Of a stretch of 64,000 nt of DNA, positions 40,974-51,574 are shown piece by piece. The notes beneath the pieces were generated by a model. The model ran no database searches. It saw nothing but the letters and a program-made list of their open reading frames with translations, and had not been told where the DNA came from. The DNA is from Candidatus Woesearchaeota archaeon (lineage in GTDB: Archaea; Nanobdellota; Nanobdellia; SCGC-AAA011-G17; JACPIM01). The number at the start of each line of letters is the position of its first letter. Position 1 is the stretch's first letter. The DNA is taken from NCBI GenBank assembly GCA_964513145.1, contig CAZELK010000003.1, forward strand, positions 48,870-112,869, written 5' to 3'. The position numbers and the translations under genes are program-made.

Positions 40974-42147
40974 TTATTTTTTAATAGCTGTAAACAGCAT
41001 CCGCCATAGAAAACTCAGATCATGGTTAACTGTTGTAGGAATAATTATTGGTGTTGCAGCAATTATATCTTTGATTACTGCTTCCAGGAGTTTAGAGAGC
41101 ACAATTGAACAACAATTTGAACAATTTGGAGCTAATAGAATTTTGATTTCTGCAAAAGGTTTTCAAGGGCCTGGAACTTTATCCCAGGGGCTGACTATGG
41201 ATGATGCAGGAACAATAGAAAAAATGTCTGGTTTTAAGTATGTCAGCCCAGGATTATTCAGAACTGCAGAAATAAAGAAAAACAAGGAGACTGGATTTAC
41301 TTTGGTTGTTAGTTTGCCTGCGAAGGATTTTGAGCATTTTTTTAAGGATGCTGGCATGAAAATTAGTGAAGGCAGATTTATACAAGATAATGAAAAGTTT
41401 GTTGCTATAATCGGGGCAAGGGCTGCTGAGGAGATGTTTTCAAAAGAACTGGTTATTGGAAACAAGATAGAAATAAATAAAAAAGAATTCAAAATTGTTG
41501 GCATTTTAAAGGAAATTGGAAATGCACAGGATGATAACCAGATTAACATACCTTTAGAAGCTGCAAGGGAAATTTTTAATGAACCTGATAAAATAGATAC
41601 TATTGTTGCACAAGTTAAATCAGTTACAGATATACCTGATTTACAAAAAAAAATTGAGAAAGAGCTAGAAAGAAAAAGGGATGATACAAATTTCCAGGTT
41701 TTAACTGCAAATCAAATTTTGGAACAAATAAATCAGGTTTTAGGAATAATTCAGATATTTTTAGTAGGAATTGCAGCAATTTCATTGATAGTTGGAGCAA
41801 TCGGCATAATGAATTCCATGTATACTTCTGTTCTGGAGAGAACAAAAGATATTGGGATTATGAAAGCAATAGGAGCAAGAAATTCAGATATATTAAAAAT
41901 TTTTGTAATTGAATCTGGATTAATTGGATTAGTTGGAGGAATGTTTGGCGTAATTTTAGGAACTGCAATGGCTTTGATTATTGGAAGTATTTCCAAAAAT
42001 TCCGGTTTCTTATTAATAATCAAAATAGAACCTTTAATCTTAATTTTTGGTTTAGCATTTGCTTTTTTTGTTGGCGTAATTTCTGGAATATTACCAGCTT
42101 ATCAAGCTTCTAAATTAAAACCAGTAGATGCTTTGAGATATGAGTGA
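40963..42147 (+). CDS. ABC transporter permease, FtsX/MacB family
   Basis: N-terminal TM plus large periplasmic domain plus three C-terminal TM segments (FtsX topology). Confidence 0.8.
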   Translation: MLADYFLIAVNSIRHRKLRSWLTVVGIIIGVAAIISLITASRSLESTIEQQFEQFGANRILISAKGFQGPGTLSQGLTMDDAGTIEKMSGFKYVSPGLFRTAEIKKNKETGFTLVVSLPAKDFEHFFKDAGMKISEGRFIQDNEKFVAIIGARAAEEMFSKELVIGNKIEINKKEFKIVGILKEIGNAQDDNQINIPLEAAREIFNEPDKIDTIVAQVKSVTDIPDLQKKIEKELERKRDDTNFQVLTANQILEQINQVLGIIQIFLVGIAAISLIVGAIGIMNSMYTSVLERTKDIGIMKAIGARNSDILKIFVIESGLIGLVGGMFGVILGTAMALIIGSISKNSGFLLIIKIEPLILIFGLAFAFFVGVISGILPAYQASKLKPVDALRYE

Positions 42148-42168
42148 AGCTTTTTTTGAAAAAGCTTT
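42147..42168 (+). terminator. hairpin plus T7 run immediately after the permease stop
   Basis: AAGCTTTTT-TTG-AAAAAGCTT perfect 9-bp stem overlapping the TGA at 42145-42147; T7 run inside. Confidence 0.35.
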
Positions 42169-42248
42169 ATCAAAAATAAAGTATTCAAGCAAGAAAAAAT
42201 GAGAAAACTTTTTACCCAATACATATATTTCTAATTTTTATTTTAGAA

Positions 42249-42593
42249 TTAATCTTCTTTTATACTTTTTTTGAAACTGACTCTGTTTGTCTTTCCCTCT
42301 GTTTTAAATTTATGAGTTATTTCTGTTTCTATTTTCTCGAATGTTTTATTTAATGTTTTTACCAAGTCCCAATCACTATATTCAACAGAAGCCAACAAAC
42401 TAGGGGCTTCTATTCTGCCGTGAACAGAATATTTACATCTTTTCCCAGAAGCTTTCATTTTTTTGACATGAAATATTACTAACGGGTCTTGTAAATTTCG
42501 ACTTGTTTTATTATAAAATCTTTCGCTATAAGTTGTTAATTTACTTAACTCATCCTCATCTAAAGAATTAACACCTATAAAATTTAGGCTCAT
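42249..42593 (-). CDS. ribosome hibernation factor-like protein (HPF/RaiA/YfiA, S30AE family), tentative
   Basis: MSLNFIGVN N-terminus and the C-terminal pattern SVEYSDWDLVKTLNKTFEKIETEITHKFKTEGK resemble the HPF consensus (M.i.itG.n ... tdeDmYaAIDlaidKLerQlrKhKdK). Confidence 0.4.
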   Translation of the reverse strand: MSLNFIGVNSLDEDELSKLTTYSERFYNKTSRNLQDPLVIFHVKKMKASGKRCKYSVHGRIEAPSLLASVEYSDWDLVKTLNKTFEKIETEITHKFKTEGKTNRVSFKKSIKED

Positions 42594-42640
42594 GAATTCT
42601 TTTATAGTTTTTGTTATTAATAAACCTTATTAAAGTTTAA

Positions 42641-43480
42641 TTATTTAGTATGTATTTCAATACTATCATCATCTTTTAATTCGTAATTTAATCCTACTGT
42701 CTGGCCTGCAAATTTAACTGATTTACCCCATACCCTTGCAAACTTAAATTTTTTTACAAAATCTTTATGCAATATATTTGCCAAATCCTTAACTATAGCT
42801 CCTTTTTTAAAAGCAATTGGCGGAAAATCTTTTTCTCTTCCTGGCTGCTTTGTATATATTTTTACCATCCCAATATTTTTCCAGATTATTTCGATCATAT
42901 CAAGATCATCAAAATAAATTATATAAGGAGTATTAACTTCATTTTCCCTTAATTCTTTTAAGACCAAGCTAATTTCTTCCTTATTTTTTCCAAATATGAC
43001 TACTAAATCAGCTTGTTTTAAAATTGCCAGAAACATTGGTCCTTTTTCCTGCACAACATAATCTTTTGTTATTGCCGGAATCTCAACTATTTGAATTTTA
43101 ATTCCCTTATAATCTAAAGTTCCTATTTCTGGTTTTGTTGTTGTAAATGGATGGGTTCCTATTTTAGCATTAAGTTTTGTTATTTTATTTAGGAAGGTAG
43201 TTTTTCCAGAACTTGTTGTACCAATCAAGCAAACTTGGGCTGCACCATCTTTTTTTATTGAGAAAGATGAACTTCCGCCTTTTTTCTTTGATCTGGTTTC
43301 TATTTGCTCCCTTAATTTTGCTATTTTTTGTTTTATTCCTGATCTTAATTTTTCAGATGATTTATGATTGGGAGAAGCAGCAAGAACTTTTTGCAATGCT
43401 TTTAATTTTTCTTGAGGGGTTTTTGCTTTATCGTATTCTCCCAAGGCTACACTATATTCATATCCAGCATTAATAGGCAT
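42641..43480 (-). CDS. DRG/Obg-like GTPase with C-terminal TGS domain
   Basis: G1 LIGTTSSGKTT, G2 HPFTTT; C-terminal FARVWGKSVKFAGQTVGLNYELKDDDSIEI is a TGS-like fold. Confidence 0.6.
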   Translation of the reverse strand: MPINAGYEYSVALGEYDKAKTPQEKLKALQKVLAASPNHKSSEKLRSGIKQKIAKLREQIETRSKKKGGSSSFSIKKDGAAQVCLIGTTSSGKTTFLNKITKLNAKIGTHPFTTTKPEIGTLDYKGIKIQIVEIPAITKDYVVQEKGPMFLAILKQADLVVIFGKNKEEISLVLKELRENEVNTPYIIYFDDLDMIEIIWKNIGMVKIYTKQPGREKDFPPIAFKKGAIVKDLANILHKDFVKKFKFARVWGKSVKFAGQTVGLNYELKDDDSIEIHTK

Positions 43481-43510
43481 ATTTTTATTAAAATTAAATA
43501 TTATAAAAAC

Positions 43511-44272
43511 TTATTCTATAAATAGAAGAAGAACCATTACTGTTACACCAATTACAATCCCAAAAATCTGCATTAAAGATTTCCCTATTTTTACTTCTTT
43601 ATGAAGTTCTGGTATTAAATCCGCAGCAGCAATATAAATAAAGCCGCCAATTGTTAATGGCAACAGTATCAAATTATAATTTTCGAAGTAACTTCCAAAT
43701 AAAATCGAAATTAAAGTGCCCAAAATTGCGGTAGTTGCGGTTAAAAAATTAAAAAACAAGGCTTTTGCTCTTGAAAAGCCACCATGTATTAAAACTCCAA
43801 AGTCGCCTATTTCTTGGGGTATTTCATGCAATATAACTGCTATTGTTGTAGCTATTCCAGTATTTATATCGACTAAATAACTTGCACCAATAACCAAACC
43901 ATCTATAAAATTATGCAAACCATCTCCGAAAAGATTTACTATTGCAAACGGGTGCGGATGATCTTTAGATGTTGGTTCGTGGCAATGTCTCCAATGTATT
44001 ATTTTTTCTATTATAAAGAATAACAAAATACCCAGAATAATGTAAATTGAAACACTTAAGCTTAAACCATATTCTTCTGCTAATTCCGGCAAAATATGGA
44101 TAAACGCGTCTCCCAATAATGCGCCTGCTGCGAAACTTACTAAAAATAAAAGCATTTTTTTCAAAAGTTTATGATTTAAAACCAAGGTTAAAACACCGAC
44201 AAAAGAAATAGCAGAAACTATTATCACGCTTATTAATGAATAGAGCAGGATTGTTGAGTTTCCAAATACCAT
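43511..44272 (-). CDS. zupT: ZIP family metal (Zn/Fe) transporter
   Basis: HEIPQEIGDFGVL...HGG motif and 8 TM segments. Confidence 0.85.
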   Translation of the reverse strand: MVFGNSTILLYSLISVIIVSAISFVGVLTLVLNHKLLKKMLLFLVSFAAGALLGDAFIHILPELAEEYGLSLSVSIYIILGILLFFIIEKIIHWRHCHEPTSKDHPHPFAIVNLFGDGLHNFIDGLVIGASYLVDINTGIATTIAVILHEIPQEIGDFGVLIHGGFSRAKALFFNFLTATTAILGTLISILFGSYFENYNLILLPLTIGGFIYIAAADLIPELHKEVKIGKSLMQIFGIVIGVTVMVLLLFIE

Positions 44273-44549
44273 ATATTCTTGTTTTATTTATACTATTTAA
44301 ATATTTTCTACTAATTTGATATAATTATCTTGAGAAATTTTTTTAATTCCCGAGAAATCTCCATAATTTTGCTATGACTGGGTAAAATACAAAATAATAT
44401 TTACAGTTCTTTTGTAAACTTTTTATCTCTTTATAAATTAGTACGAGACAAAATCCACTGGACAGGACAAAGACCTGCCTAGGGCTTATATATAAATAGC
44501 AACTTTTTTAAAATATTGCATATTTTTTTAATTTGTATGCTTTTTTAAG

Positions 44550-47156
44550 ATGAAAGAACTAATAACATTTAAGGACAAGCCAAACACAAGGGTAGAAGTA
44601 GAGGAGTTATTAAATCCAACTATCAAGAAGTGGTTTTTTTCAAAATTTAAGGATTTTTCTTTGCCACAACTTTATGGAGTTTATGAGGTTCATTCTAGAA
44701 ATAATGTTTTGATTTCAGCACCAACTGGTTCTGGTAAAACTTTGACTTCATTTTTAAGCATTTTAAATGAACTAGTTGATTTAGCTGAAAAAAATTTATT
44801 AGAAAATCGAATTTATTGTGTATATATAAGTCCGCTTAAAGCTTTAAATAGGGATATTTATAATAATCTCATAGAGCCTCTGGAAGAAATTGAAAAAATT
44901 GCCGGAAAAAAATTAGGTATAAGAGTCGCTGTTCGAACTGGAGATACTACGCAAGCTGAAAGAGCTTTAATGTTGAAAAATATCCCGCATATTTTAATTA
45001 CAACTCCTGAAAGTGTAGCTTTATTATTATCTTCAATTAAGTTTAGGGAGAATTTGAAAAATGTTGACTTTTTAATTTTAGATGAAGTGCACTCTTTGGC
45101 TGAAAATAAAAGAGGGGTTCATTTAAGTTTAAGTTTAGAAAGATTACAGAGATTAAATCCAAATATGTGCAGAGTGGGTTTGTCAGCTACAATTGCCCCA
45201 ATCCAAGAAATTGCAAAATTTTTAGTAGGCAATTCCAGGGAATGCAAGATAATAGATGTACAATTTATTAAACAGTTAGATCTTAAAGTTTTAAGTCCCC
45301 TGCCAGATTTGATTGATATGTCTTTTTCTAATTTAAACAAGGAGACTTATAATTTGCTGGATAAATTAATACAAGAACATAAAACAACATTAATTTTTAC
45401 GAATACAAGATCAGGGACTGAAAGAGTTGTGCATCATTTGAAAATTAAATTCCCACATAAATATACTAAAATTGATGAAAAAGATTCTGGAAAAGTTGAA
45501 AGCTTGATCGGAGCACATCATGGAAGCTTAAGCAAAGATCATAGATTTCAAATTGAAGATGCTTTAAGAAAAGGAAAATTAAAAGCAGTTGTATGTTCAA
45601 CTTCGCTTGAGTTGGGAGTAGACATAGGTTATATTGATTTAGTAATTTGCTTGGGAAGCCCAAAAAGTGTTGCACGTACAACGCAGAGAACTGGTAGAAG
45701 TGGGCACAAATTACATGCAACAACAAAAGGGAGAATTATAGTTTTAGACAGGGATGATTTAGTTGAATGCAGTGTAATGGGAAAAAATGCTTTAGAGCAT
45801 AAGATTGACAGGGTACATATTCCTACAAATTGTTTAGATGTTTTGGCACAGCAGATATTTGGAATTGCTTTGGAAGAGGTTATTGATATTGATGAACTAT
45901 TTGATATGATTAAAAAAAGCTATTGCTACAGTAATTTAAGCAGAGGAGATTTTATGAATGTTATAAAATATCTATCTGGAGATTTTAGCACTCTTGAGGA
46001 CAGGCATGTTTATGCAAAAATCTGGTTTAATGAAAATAAGATAGGCAAAAGGGGAAGATTAGCCAGGGTAATTTATATGACTAATTCAGGGACTATTCCA
46101 GATGAAAGCAGCGTCAAAGTAAAGATTAATGATTATAGTGTCGGGACTATTGAGGAAGAATTTCTTGAAAAATTGAAGAAAGGCGATGTTTTTGTTTTGG
46201 GGGGAAATACTTATGAGTTTAAATTTTCCAGGGGGACTGTAGCGCAAGTTGTCAGTGCAGAAGGGAAAAGACCCACAGTGCCATCATGGTTTTCTGAGAT
46301 GCTTCCTTTAAGTTTTGACTTAGCCATGGATATCGGGAGATTTAGAAATCTTATGGATGAGAAAATGAAAAAAGAACCAAAAAAAGAGATTATAGAATTC
46401 ATCAATAAATTTCTTTATGTTGACAATAATGCTGCTGAAGCTATTTATAATTATTTTAAGGAACAATTTGATTTTTTAGGAATTCCAAACAATAAGAAAA
46501 TAATAATAGAAAATTACAAAGATGAAAAAGGAAAAAGATATGTCATATTTCATACGCTTTATGGAAGAAGGGTTAATGATGTTTTGAGCAGGGCTTTAGC
46601 TTATGTAATTGGCTTGACACAACATAGGGATGTTGAAATTAGTTTTAATGACAATGGATTTTATTTGAGTTTTGAAAAAAATGTAAATGTAATAAAGGCA
46701 TTTAATTCCTTGAAGAGCACAGACTTAAAAAGAATTTTAGAGTTTGCAATTGACAAGAGCGAGATCCTTAAAAGAAGATTTCGACATTGTGCCATGAGAT
46801 CTTTAATGATACTTAGAGAATACAAGGGAAGAAGAAAGATGGTTGGAAGACAGCAAGTAAGCTCGATGATACTGATGAGCGCTGTTAAAAGAATAAGCAA
46901 TGATTTTATAATTCTTAAAGAAGCAAGAAGAGAAATAATGGAAGACCTTATGGATATTGAGAATGCGCTTTATATTTTGGGCGAGAAAGAGAAAGGGAAT
47001 ATTGAAATAAAAGAAATTACTACAAATATTCCAAGCCCATTTGCCTTTAATTTAATTATACAAGGTTATTCAGATATTCTGAAAATGGAAGACAGAATTG
47101 AATTTTTAAAAAGAATGCACAAACTAGTTTTAGCAAAAATCAGCATTAAAAAATAA
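44550..47156 (+). CDS. lhr: Lhr-type ATP-dependent DNA helicase (superfamily 2, DEVH)
   Basis: SAPTGSGKT, DEVH (LILDEVHSL), SAT, ...QRTGRSGH; 868 aa with Lhr-core C-terminal region. Confidence 0.8.
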   Translation: MKELITFKDKPNTRVEVEELLNPTIKKWFFSKFKDFSLPQLYGVYEVHSRNNVLISAPTGSGKTLTSFLSILNELVDLAEKNLLENRIYCVYISPLKALNRDIYNNLIEPLEEIEKIAGKKLGIRVAVRTGDTTQAERALMLKNIPHILITTPESVALLLSSIKFRENLKNVDFLILDEVHSLAENKRGVHLSLSLERLQRLNPNMCRVGLSATIAPIQEIAKFLVGNSRECKIIDVQFIKQLDLKVLSPLPDLIDMSFSNLNKETYNLLDKLIQEHKTTLIFTNTRSGTERVVHHLKIKFPHKYTKIDEKDSGKVESLIGAHHGSLSKDHRFQIEDALRKGKLKAVVCSTSLELGVDIGYIDLVICLGSPKSVARTTQRTGRSGHKLHATTKGRIIVLDRDDLVECSVMGKNALEHKIDRVHIPTNCLDVLAQQIFGIALEEVIDIDELFDMIKKSYCYSNLSRGDFMNVIKYLSGDFSTLEDRHVYAKIWFNENKIGKRGRLARVIYMTNSGTIPDESSVKVKINDYSVGTIEEEFLEKLKKGDVFVLGGNTYEFKFSRGTVAQVVSAEGKRPTVPSWFSEMLPLSFDLAMDIGRFRNLMDEKMKKEPKKEIIEFINKFLYVDNNAAEAIYNYFKEQFDFLGIPNNKKIIIENYKDEKGKRYVIFHTLYGRRVNDVLSRALAYVIGLTQHRDVEISFNDNGFYLSFEKNVNVIKAFNSLKSTDLKRILEFAIDKSEILKRRFRHCAMRSLMILREYKGRRKMVGRQQVSSMILMSAVKRISNDFIILKEARREIMEDLMDIENALYILGEKEKGNIEIKEITTNIPSPFAFNLIIQGYSDILKMEDRIEFLKRMHKLVLAKISIKK

Positions 47157-47209
47157 ACTATATATTTTACCATAGATAATGTTTTTAAAATCTGAATATT
47201 TATCATATT

Positions 47210-47752
47210 ATGCTGGAAAATATTGCCAAAAATCTTTTTGCAGGAATTATGTCTTTATACATAGGCTGTGCTTTTGAAAGTCCGAAAAACCTTGATAATT
47301 TAGTGGAGAACAGTTTTTATAAACAAAGAGTAATTATTGACGAAAATACCAATGACTGGGAAAATTCAAAAAAATTTGATTATGTATACACCAACGGAAT
47401 AGAAGCAAAGGTTATTTATAAGAAAACTAAAAAAACAAAGGAACTGCTAATAGCTGTTGTTAAAGATACAAATAACCTCCTTATTTCTGGTACACCCAAA
47501 AAAGAACCAATTAATAATGATTTTAGTTATTTATTCTTTTATGGAGACACTAGTTTTAGAGAGCTGAATTTTAAATATAATGGCAATAATATCAAGGTAA
47601 TATTTAATCAAGATTCCAGCATAAATTATCAATATAACAATGGAGAAATTAAAAAATTAACTGAGATTTTTCACCCACTTGTTTATCGAAAATTAAATAA
47701 TATAGACGAGGATTTATCTATTCCAGAGCATATAATTATTTTATGGAAATGA
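47210..47752 (+). CDS. hypothetical protein
   Basis: 180 aa. Confidence 0.4.
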   Translation: MLENIAKNLFAGIMSLYIGCAFESPKNLDNLVENSFYKQRVIIDENTNDWENSKKFDYVYTNGIEAKVIYKKTKKTKELLIAVVKDTNNLLISGTPKKEPINNDFSYLFFYGDTSFRELNFKYNGNNIKVIFNQDSSINYQYNNGEIKKLTEIFHPLVYRKLNNIDEDLSIPEHIIILWK

Positions 47753-47799
47753 ATCCTTAAATCATAATATTTTTAATTGGTTTTCTATTTAGTTGTAAC

Positions 47800-48519
47800 A
47801 TGAATAAAAATTTACTTATAAAAGATCTTGGATTATATCTGAAAAATGAGAAGACTTTATTAATTGGAGACCTGCATTTAGGTTTTGAAGAGTCATTAAC
47901 AAAACAAGGCATTTTATTGCCCAAGTTTCAATTACAAGAGACAATAAGAAGACTGGATAAAATTTTAACAAATCTTGATGTTGAAGAAATAGTTATTACG
48001 GGAGACCTGAAACATGAGTTTGGCAAAATACTAACTACTGAAATGAATGACACACTGGATTTTCTTGATCATCTATTAAAAAAATACAAAGTTGCAATCA
48101 TTAAAGGGAATCATGACACTATTTTGAGCTATATAGCCCAGAAAAGAAATATCGAATTAAAGCAATATTACAGGATCAATGATATTTTTATATGTCATGG
48201 AGACAAGTTATTCAATAATCTTGATTTTTTTAACTCTAAAACATTGGTAATAGGACATGAACATCCAGCAGTATCTTTGATTAATAATAACAGAAGTGAA
48301 ACTTTTAAATGTTTTTTATGCGGCAAATATAAAGACAAAGAGATTATTGTTTTACCAAGCTTTAATGTACTTGTAGACGGATCTGATATTTTGAGAGAGC
48401 AAATTTTAAGCCCATACTTAAGACAAGACATAAGCAACTTTGATGTTTATATTATAGCTGATACTGTTTATAAATTTGGCAAATTAAAAAATCTCAGGAG
48501 ATTATCTTCTTTTCACTAA
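47800..48519 (+). CDS. metallophosphoesterase (calcineurin-like)
   Basis: GDLHLG, GDLKHEF, GNHD, ...HGD, ...GHEH motifs. Confidence 0.65.
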   Translation: MNKNLLIKDLGLYLKNEKTLLIGDLHLGFEESLTKQGILLPKFQLQETIRRLDKILTNLDVEEIVITGDLKHEFGKILTTEMNDTLDFLDHLLKKYKVAIIKGNHDTILSYIAQKRNIELKQYYRINDIFICHGDKLFNNLDFFNSKTLVIGHEHPAVSLINNNRSETFKCFLCGKYKDKEIIVLPSFNVLVDGSDILREQILSPYLRQDISNFDVYIIADTVYKFGKLKNLRRLSSFH

Positions 48520-48987
48520 GAAGTACAAGATTGTTAATAATAAAAATAAAATTGTCAATGAAATAATTATACTATTATTCATATTGTTTTTGCTTTCTAT
48601 TATTTCTGTTTCTTGTGTGACATCTTCTAATTTTAATTCATTATTTTTTATTTCTCCCTGAACTTCACTACCATATGCAAAACAATCAATATTGCTGCAA
48701 GAATAATCACATTTACAACTTTTGCAATAAACTTTTATATCTGCCCTTATTTTATTTATGTAGATATTTGTCAATTCTATATTAACATCTTTTACTGTTT
48801 TTGGTTTTTCTTTGGATACAATCACTTCTTCATTGTTTACGCAGAATAGGACTGAATTTTTACCTACGTCTATCAATGTAATATTTCTTCCATCTCTTGA
48901 ATAACTTCCGTTTATATCAAGATTAATCTTTGCAGCACTGACTAGCAATGAACAGCATACCAAGAGAATTAAAAAAATATATTTCAT
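48502..48987 (-). CDS. secreted Cys-rich protein with C-terminal TM anchor
   Basis: Signal peptide; C-terminal TM then KRR. Confidence 0.4.
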   Translation of the reverse strand: MKYIFLILLVCCSLLVSAAKINLDINGSYSRDGRNITLIDVGKNSVLFCVNNEEVIVSKEKPKTVKDVNIELTNIYINKIRADIKVYCKSCKCDYSCSNIDCFAYGSEVQGEIKNNELKLEDVTQETEIIESKNNMNNSIIISLTILFLLLTILYFLVKRR

Positions 48988-49077
48988 TTCATAATATGTT
49001 TAGGCTTAATTCTTTAAATTATTTATTCTTCTGCAGATATAGTTAGTTTTATATAAAATAGAAGTTATTTTTTTGTC

Positions 49078-49419
49078 ATGAAGGAAGTTATTTTAGTGAG
49101 AAATGACCTTAAGATGCCCAAAGGAAAGATGGCAGTCCAGTGCATGCATGCTGCAGTTGAGGCTACTTTAAAGTCTGAAAAAGATAAAATTAAAGCCTGG
49201 CGAGCTGACGGCATGAAAAAAATAGTTTTAAGGGTTGATAGTGAAAAAGAGCTTATACAGTTTAATCAAATAGCCAAGGATAATGGGTTTGTGACTTCTT
49301 TGATAACTGATGCTGGAAAGACTTTTTTTAAGGAACCAACAAAAACATGTTTAGCAATAGGTCCAGACAGCGAGGAAAAAATAGATAAGATAACTGGCAA
49401 ATTAAAGCTTATTAATTAG
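49078..49419 (+). CDS. pth2: peptidyl-tRNA hydrolase, archaeal PTH2 type
   Basis: MKEVILVRNDLKMPKGKMAVQCMHAAVEA matches the PTH2 N-terminus; 113 aa. Confidence 0.85.
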   Translation: MKEVILVRNDLKMPKGKMAVQCMHAAVEATLKSEKDKIKAWRADGMKKIVLRVDSEKELIQFNQIAKDNGFVTSLITDAGKTFFKEPTKTCLAIGPDSEEKIDKITGKLKLIN

Positions 49420-49480
49420 GCTTTTAGATAGATATAAATATCAAAAATATTATTATTTATTTTAAAAATGGGGTGGTATT

Positions 49481-51523
49481 ATGGAAAAAGATCTTAAAAT
49501 ATTACTTATTGCTTTTTTTATTCTCCTTTTCTCAATGGTCTCATTTAATTTATTTGATGATGTAACTGGCAAAGCTATTGTTTCCAGATCAGTGAAAATG
49601 TCAACTGGAGTATATGCATCTGCTGTTTCTAACCCATCTGGAAATGCTCCTCAATTTTCATCTTTTCAAGAATTAACACAAGTTTTAGGAATAAGCGATT
49701 CTCAACTCAAATATAATTCTTGCACATTTAGCTCTACACGTACTTCTGGCAAATGCAATTTAAATTTAGAAATAAAAACAGGAAAAACAGGAAATACTTT
49801 TCAGACTGGCAGAGATTTTACTGTTGGCGGTGCAATAATTAATCAACAATCTGGGTGGATTACAGAAAAAATAACTTTTAAAGGTCCAACAAATGGACCG
49901 CGTGATTTTAGAAATTCAATAAATTTAGAACAAGTTTGTACAGAAGCAAGGGGCTGTCAATTAAATACTGGCATAATAAATAAAGCTGGAAAATATAAAG
50001 TTGAAATGGAAATCTCTGAATCTGTCTCTAATCTGGATGGTTCATATATTGAAGGCATTCAAATTGAAAAATCATTATCAAAAACAACTGTAATTGCAGA
50101 TGATACTATTACTGTTACTTTAAAAGTAATTAATAATAACAATAAAGAAATGAGTTTTACTTTAATAGATAATATCCCTGATTTTATAGAAATTGTTCGT
50201 AATAATAACGAACTACAAGATGTTACATTTAATAATTTTAAAGAATTTGAAATAATTGTGCCTGCAAACAACTTTGTTGAGAAAACTTATCAACTTAGAT
50301 TTTCTGGGATTCCAGCACAATTATGGAATAAAGAACTTTCAACTGGAATAGCTGAAATTATTGATAAAGAAGGAAATAAAATTCAATCAAATGATCCCAA
50401 GGTTTTATTTTCAAAAATAATTTCTAGTTTTGTTGCAGCACAATGTGATTATGATTATGTATGTGATTCTGGCGAGAATTATAACACTTGTTTCCAGGAC
50501 TGTACTTCAGGTTCTTCTGATGGGTATTGCGATGGATTACAAGACAGAAGATGCGATGCTGACTGCAATGCAAACACTGATGCTGACTGCAGAACTGCTC
50601 AGCCAGGAGGTTTTGTAAGTCTTACTGGACACACTGTAGCTTTACCTCCAGCACAAGGCAAAAGAGTTCCAGGCACATCAGAGGTACCTTTTGGATCTAG
50701 TAGCTCTTCTGGAGGATTATCTGCTACAGGCGGTTCAAAACCAGCAGGAACTCCGCCAGTGGGAACTCCAATTCCAGTTTTAAATGCGCCAGCACCATCT
50801 GATCCTACTGGAACTTTATGTGGAAATGGCGCTTGTGGCAGCTATGAAACTTGTGCTAATTGTCCTATTGATTGTGGTGAATGTTCATATTATGGCACTT
50901 CTTTAGGTAATAGACATGTTCCTTGTGGCTCTTATTTTATATGGGATAACAAGAAATCAGTTTGGGCTCCGTTCCTTAAAGTTAAATTTAATAATTTAAA
51001 TGTTGGTAATCCCACTATTAAATTAAAAATTAGGGAGTGGATTTTTAGCAACAATAATTTATATGACCAAATAAAAAATGAGATTTATGATAGTTCAGTT
51101 CGAGAAATTTCGCGACGAATCTACAATAAATATTACTCTGGAGAAAATTGGGCTACCCGTTATAAAATGACTTCTTGTGGAAATATGCAAGATCCTACTC
51201 CAGACTGGGCACTTCTAAATGGGTATGGGAATTGCGTTGATTGGTCAAATCTTGTTGTCTCACTTCTTCGCACGATGGGTGTCCCGCAGGAAAGAATTTT
51301 TATGGTTTGTTTTAAAACTAAAGGGGCTGGATGGTATCCAGGTCATTGTACTGCAGCTTACAAATCCGATTCAAATGATTGGTGGATTATAGATTATGGC
51401 ATGATTTTTAAGGATACTAGCTTAGGTGGGTCAGAATGGGGATGTGCTGCAAGTGACGAATGGGCTCATTGGGGTAATGATTGGGGTTATGGTTATGGTA
51501 TGAGGGGGGTTTCTTGCTATTAA
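49481..51523 (+). CDS. large secreted protein with Cys-rich, Pro/Gly/Ser-rich linker and C-terminal transglutaminase-like (Cys-His-Asp) domain
   Basis: Signal peptide; ...GYGNCVDWSNLVVSLLRTMGVPQERIF...GHCTAAY...DWWIIDYG resembles a transglutaminase-like cysteine protease core. Confidence 0.5.
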   Translation: MEKDLKILLIAFFILLFSMVSFNLFDDVTGKAIVSRSVKMSTGVYASAVSNPSGNAPQFSSFQELTQVLGISDSQLKYNSCTFSSTRTSGKCNLNLEIKTGKTGNTFQTGRDFTVGGAIINQQSGWITEKITFKGPTNGPRDFRNSINLEQVCTEARGCQLNTGIINKAGKYKVEMEISESVSNLDGSYIEGIQIEKSLSKTTVIADDTITVTLKVINNNNKEMSFTLIDNIPDFIEIVRNNNELQDVTFNNFKEFEIIVPANNFVEKTYQLRFSGIPAQLWNKELSTGIAEIIDKEGNKIQSNDPKVLFSKIISSFVAAQCDYDYVCDSGENYNTCFQDCTSGSSDGYCDGLQDRRCDADCNANTDADCRTAQPGGFVSLTGHTVALPPAQGKRVPGTSEVPFGSSSSSGGLSATGGSKPAGTPPVGTPIPVLNAPAPSDPTGTLCGNGACGSYETCANCPIDCGECSYYGTSLGNRHVPCGSYFIWDNKKSVWAPFLKVKFNNLNVGNPTIKLKIREWIFSNNNLYDQIKNEIYDSSVREISRRIYNKYYSGENWATRYKMTSCGNMQDPTPDWALLNGYGNCVDWSNLVVSLLRTMGVPQERIFMVCFKTKGAGWYPGHCTAAYKSDSNDWWIIDYGMIFKDTSLGGSEWGCAASDEWAHWGNDWGYGYGMRGVSCY

Positions 51524-51574
51524 GTCTTTTTTTTAATAAATTGCAAATTGCAACCTTTGTAATTAAGAATAAGA

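Noticed and set aside
44273-44549. Short direct repeat GAGAAAT ... CCCGAGAAATCTCC and small CAGG..CCTG hairpin upstream of lhr
   Set aside because: They are too short and imperfect to distinguish from chance in AT-rich intergenic DNA. There is no second copy elsewhere.
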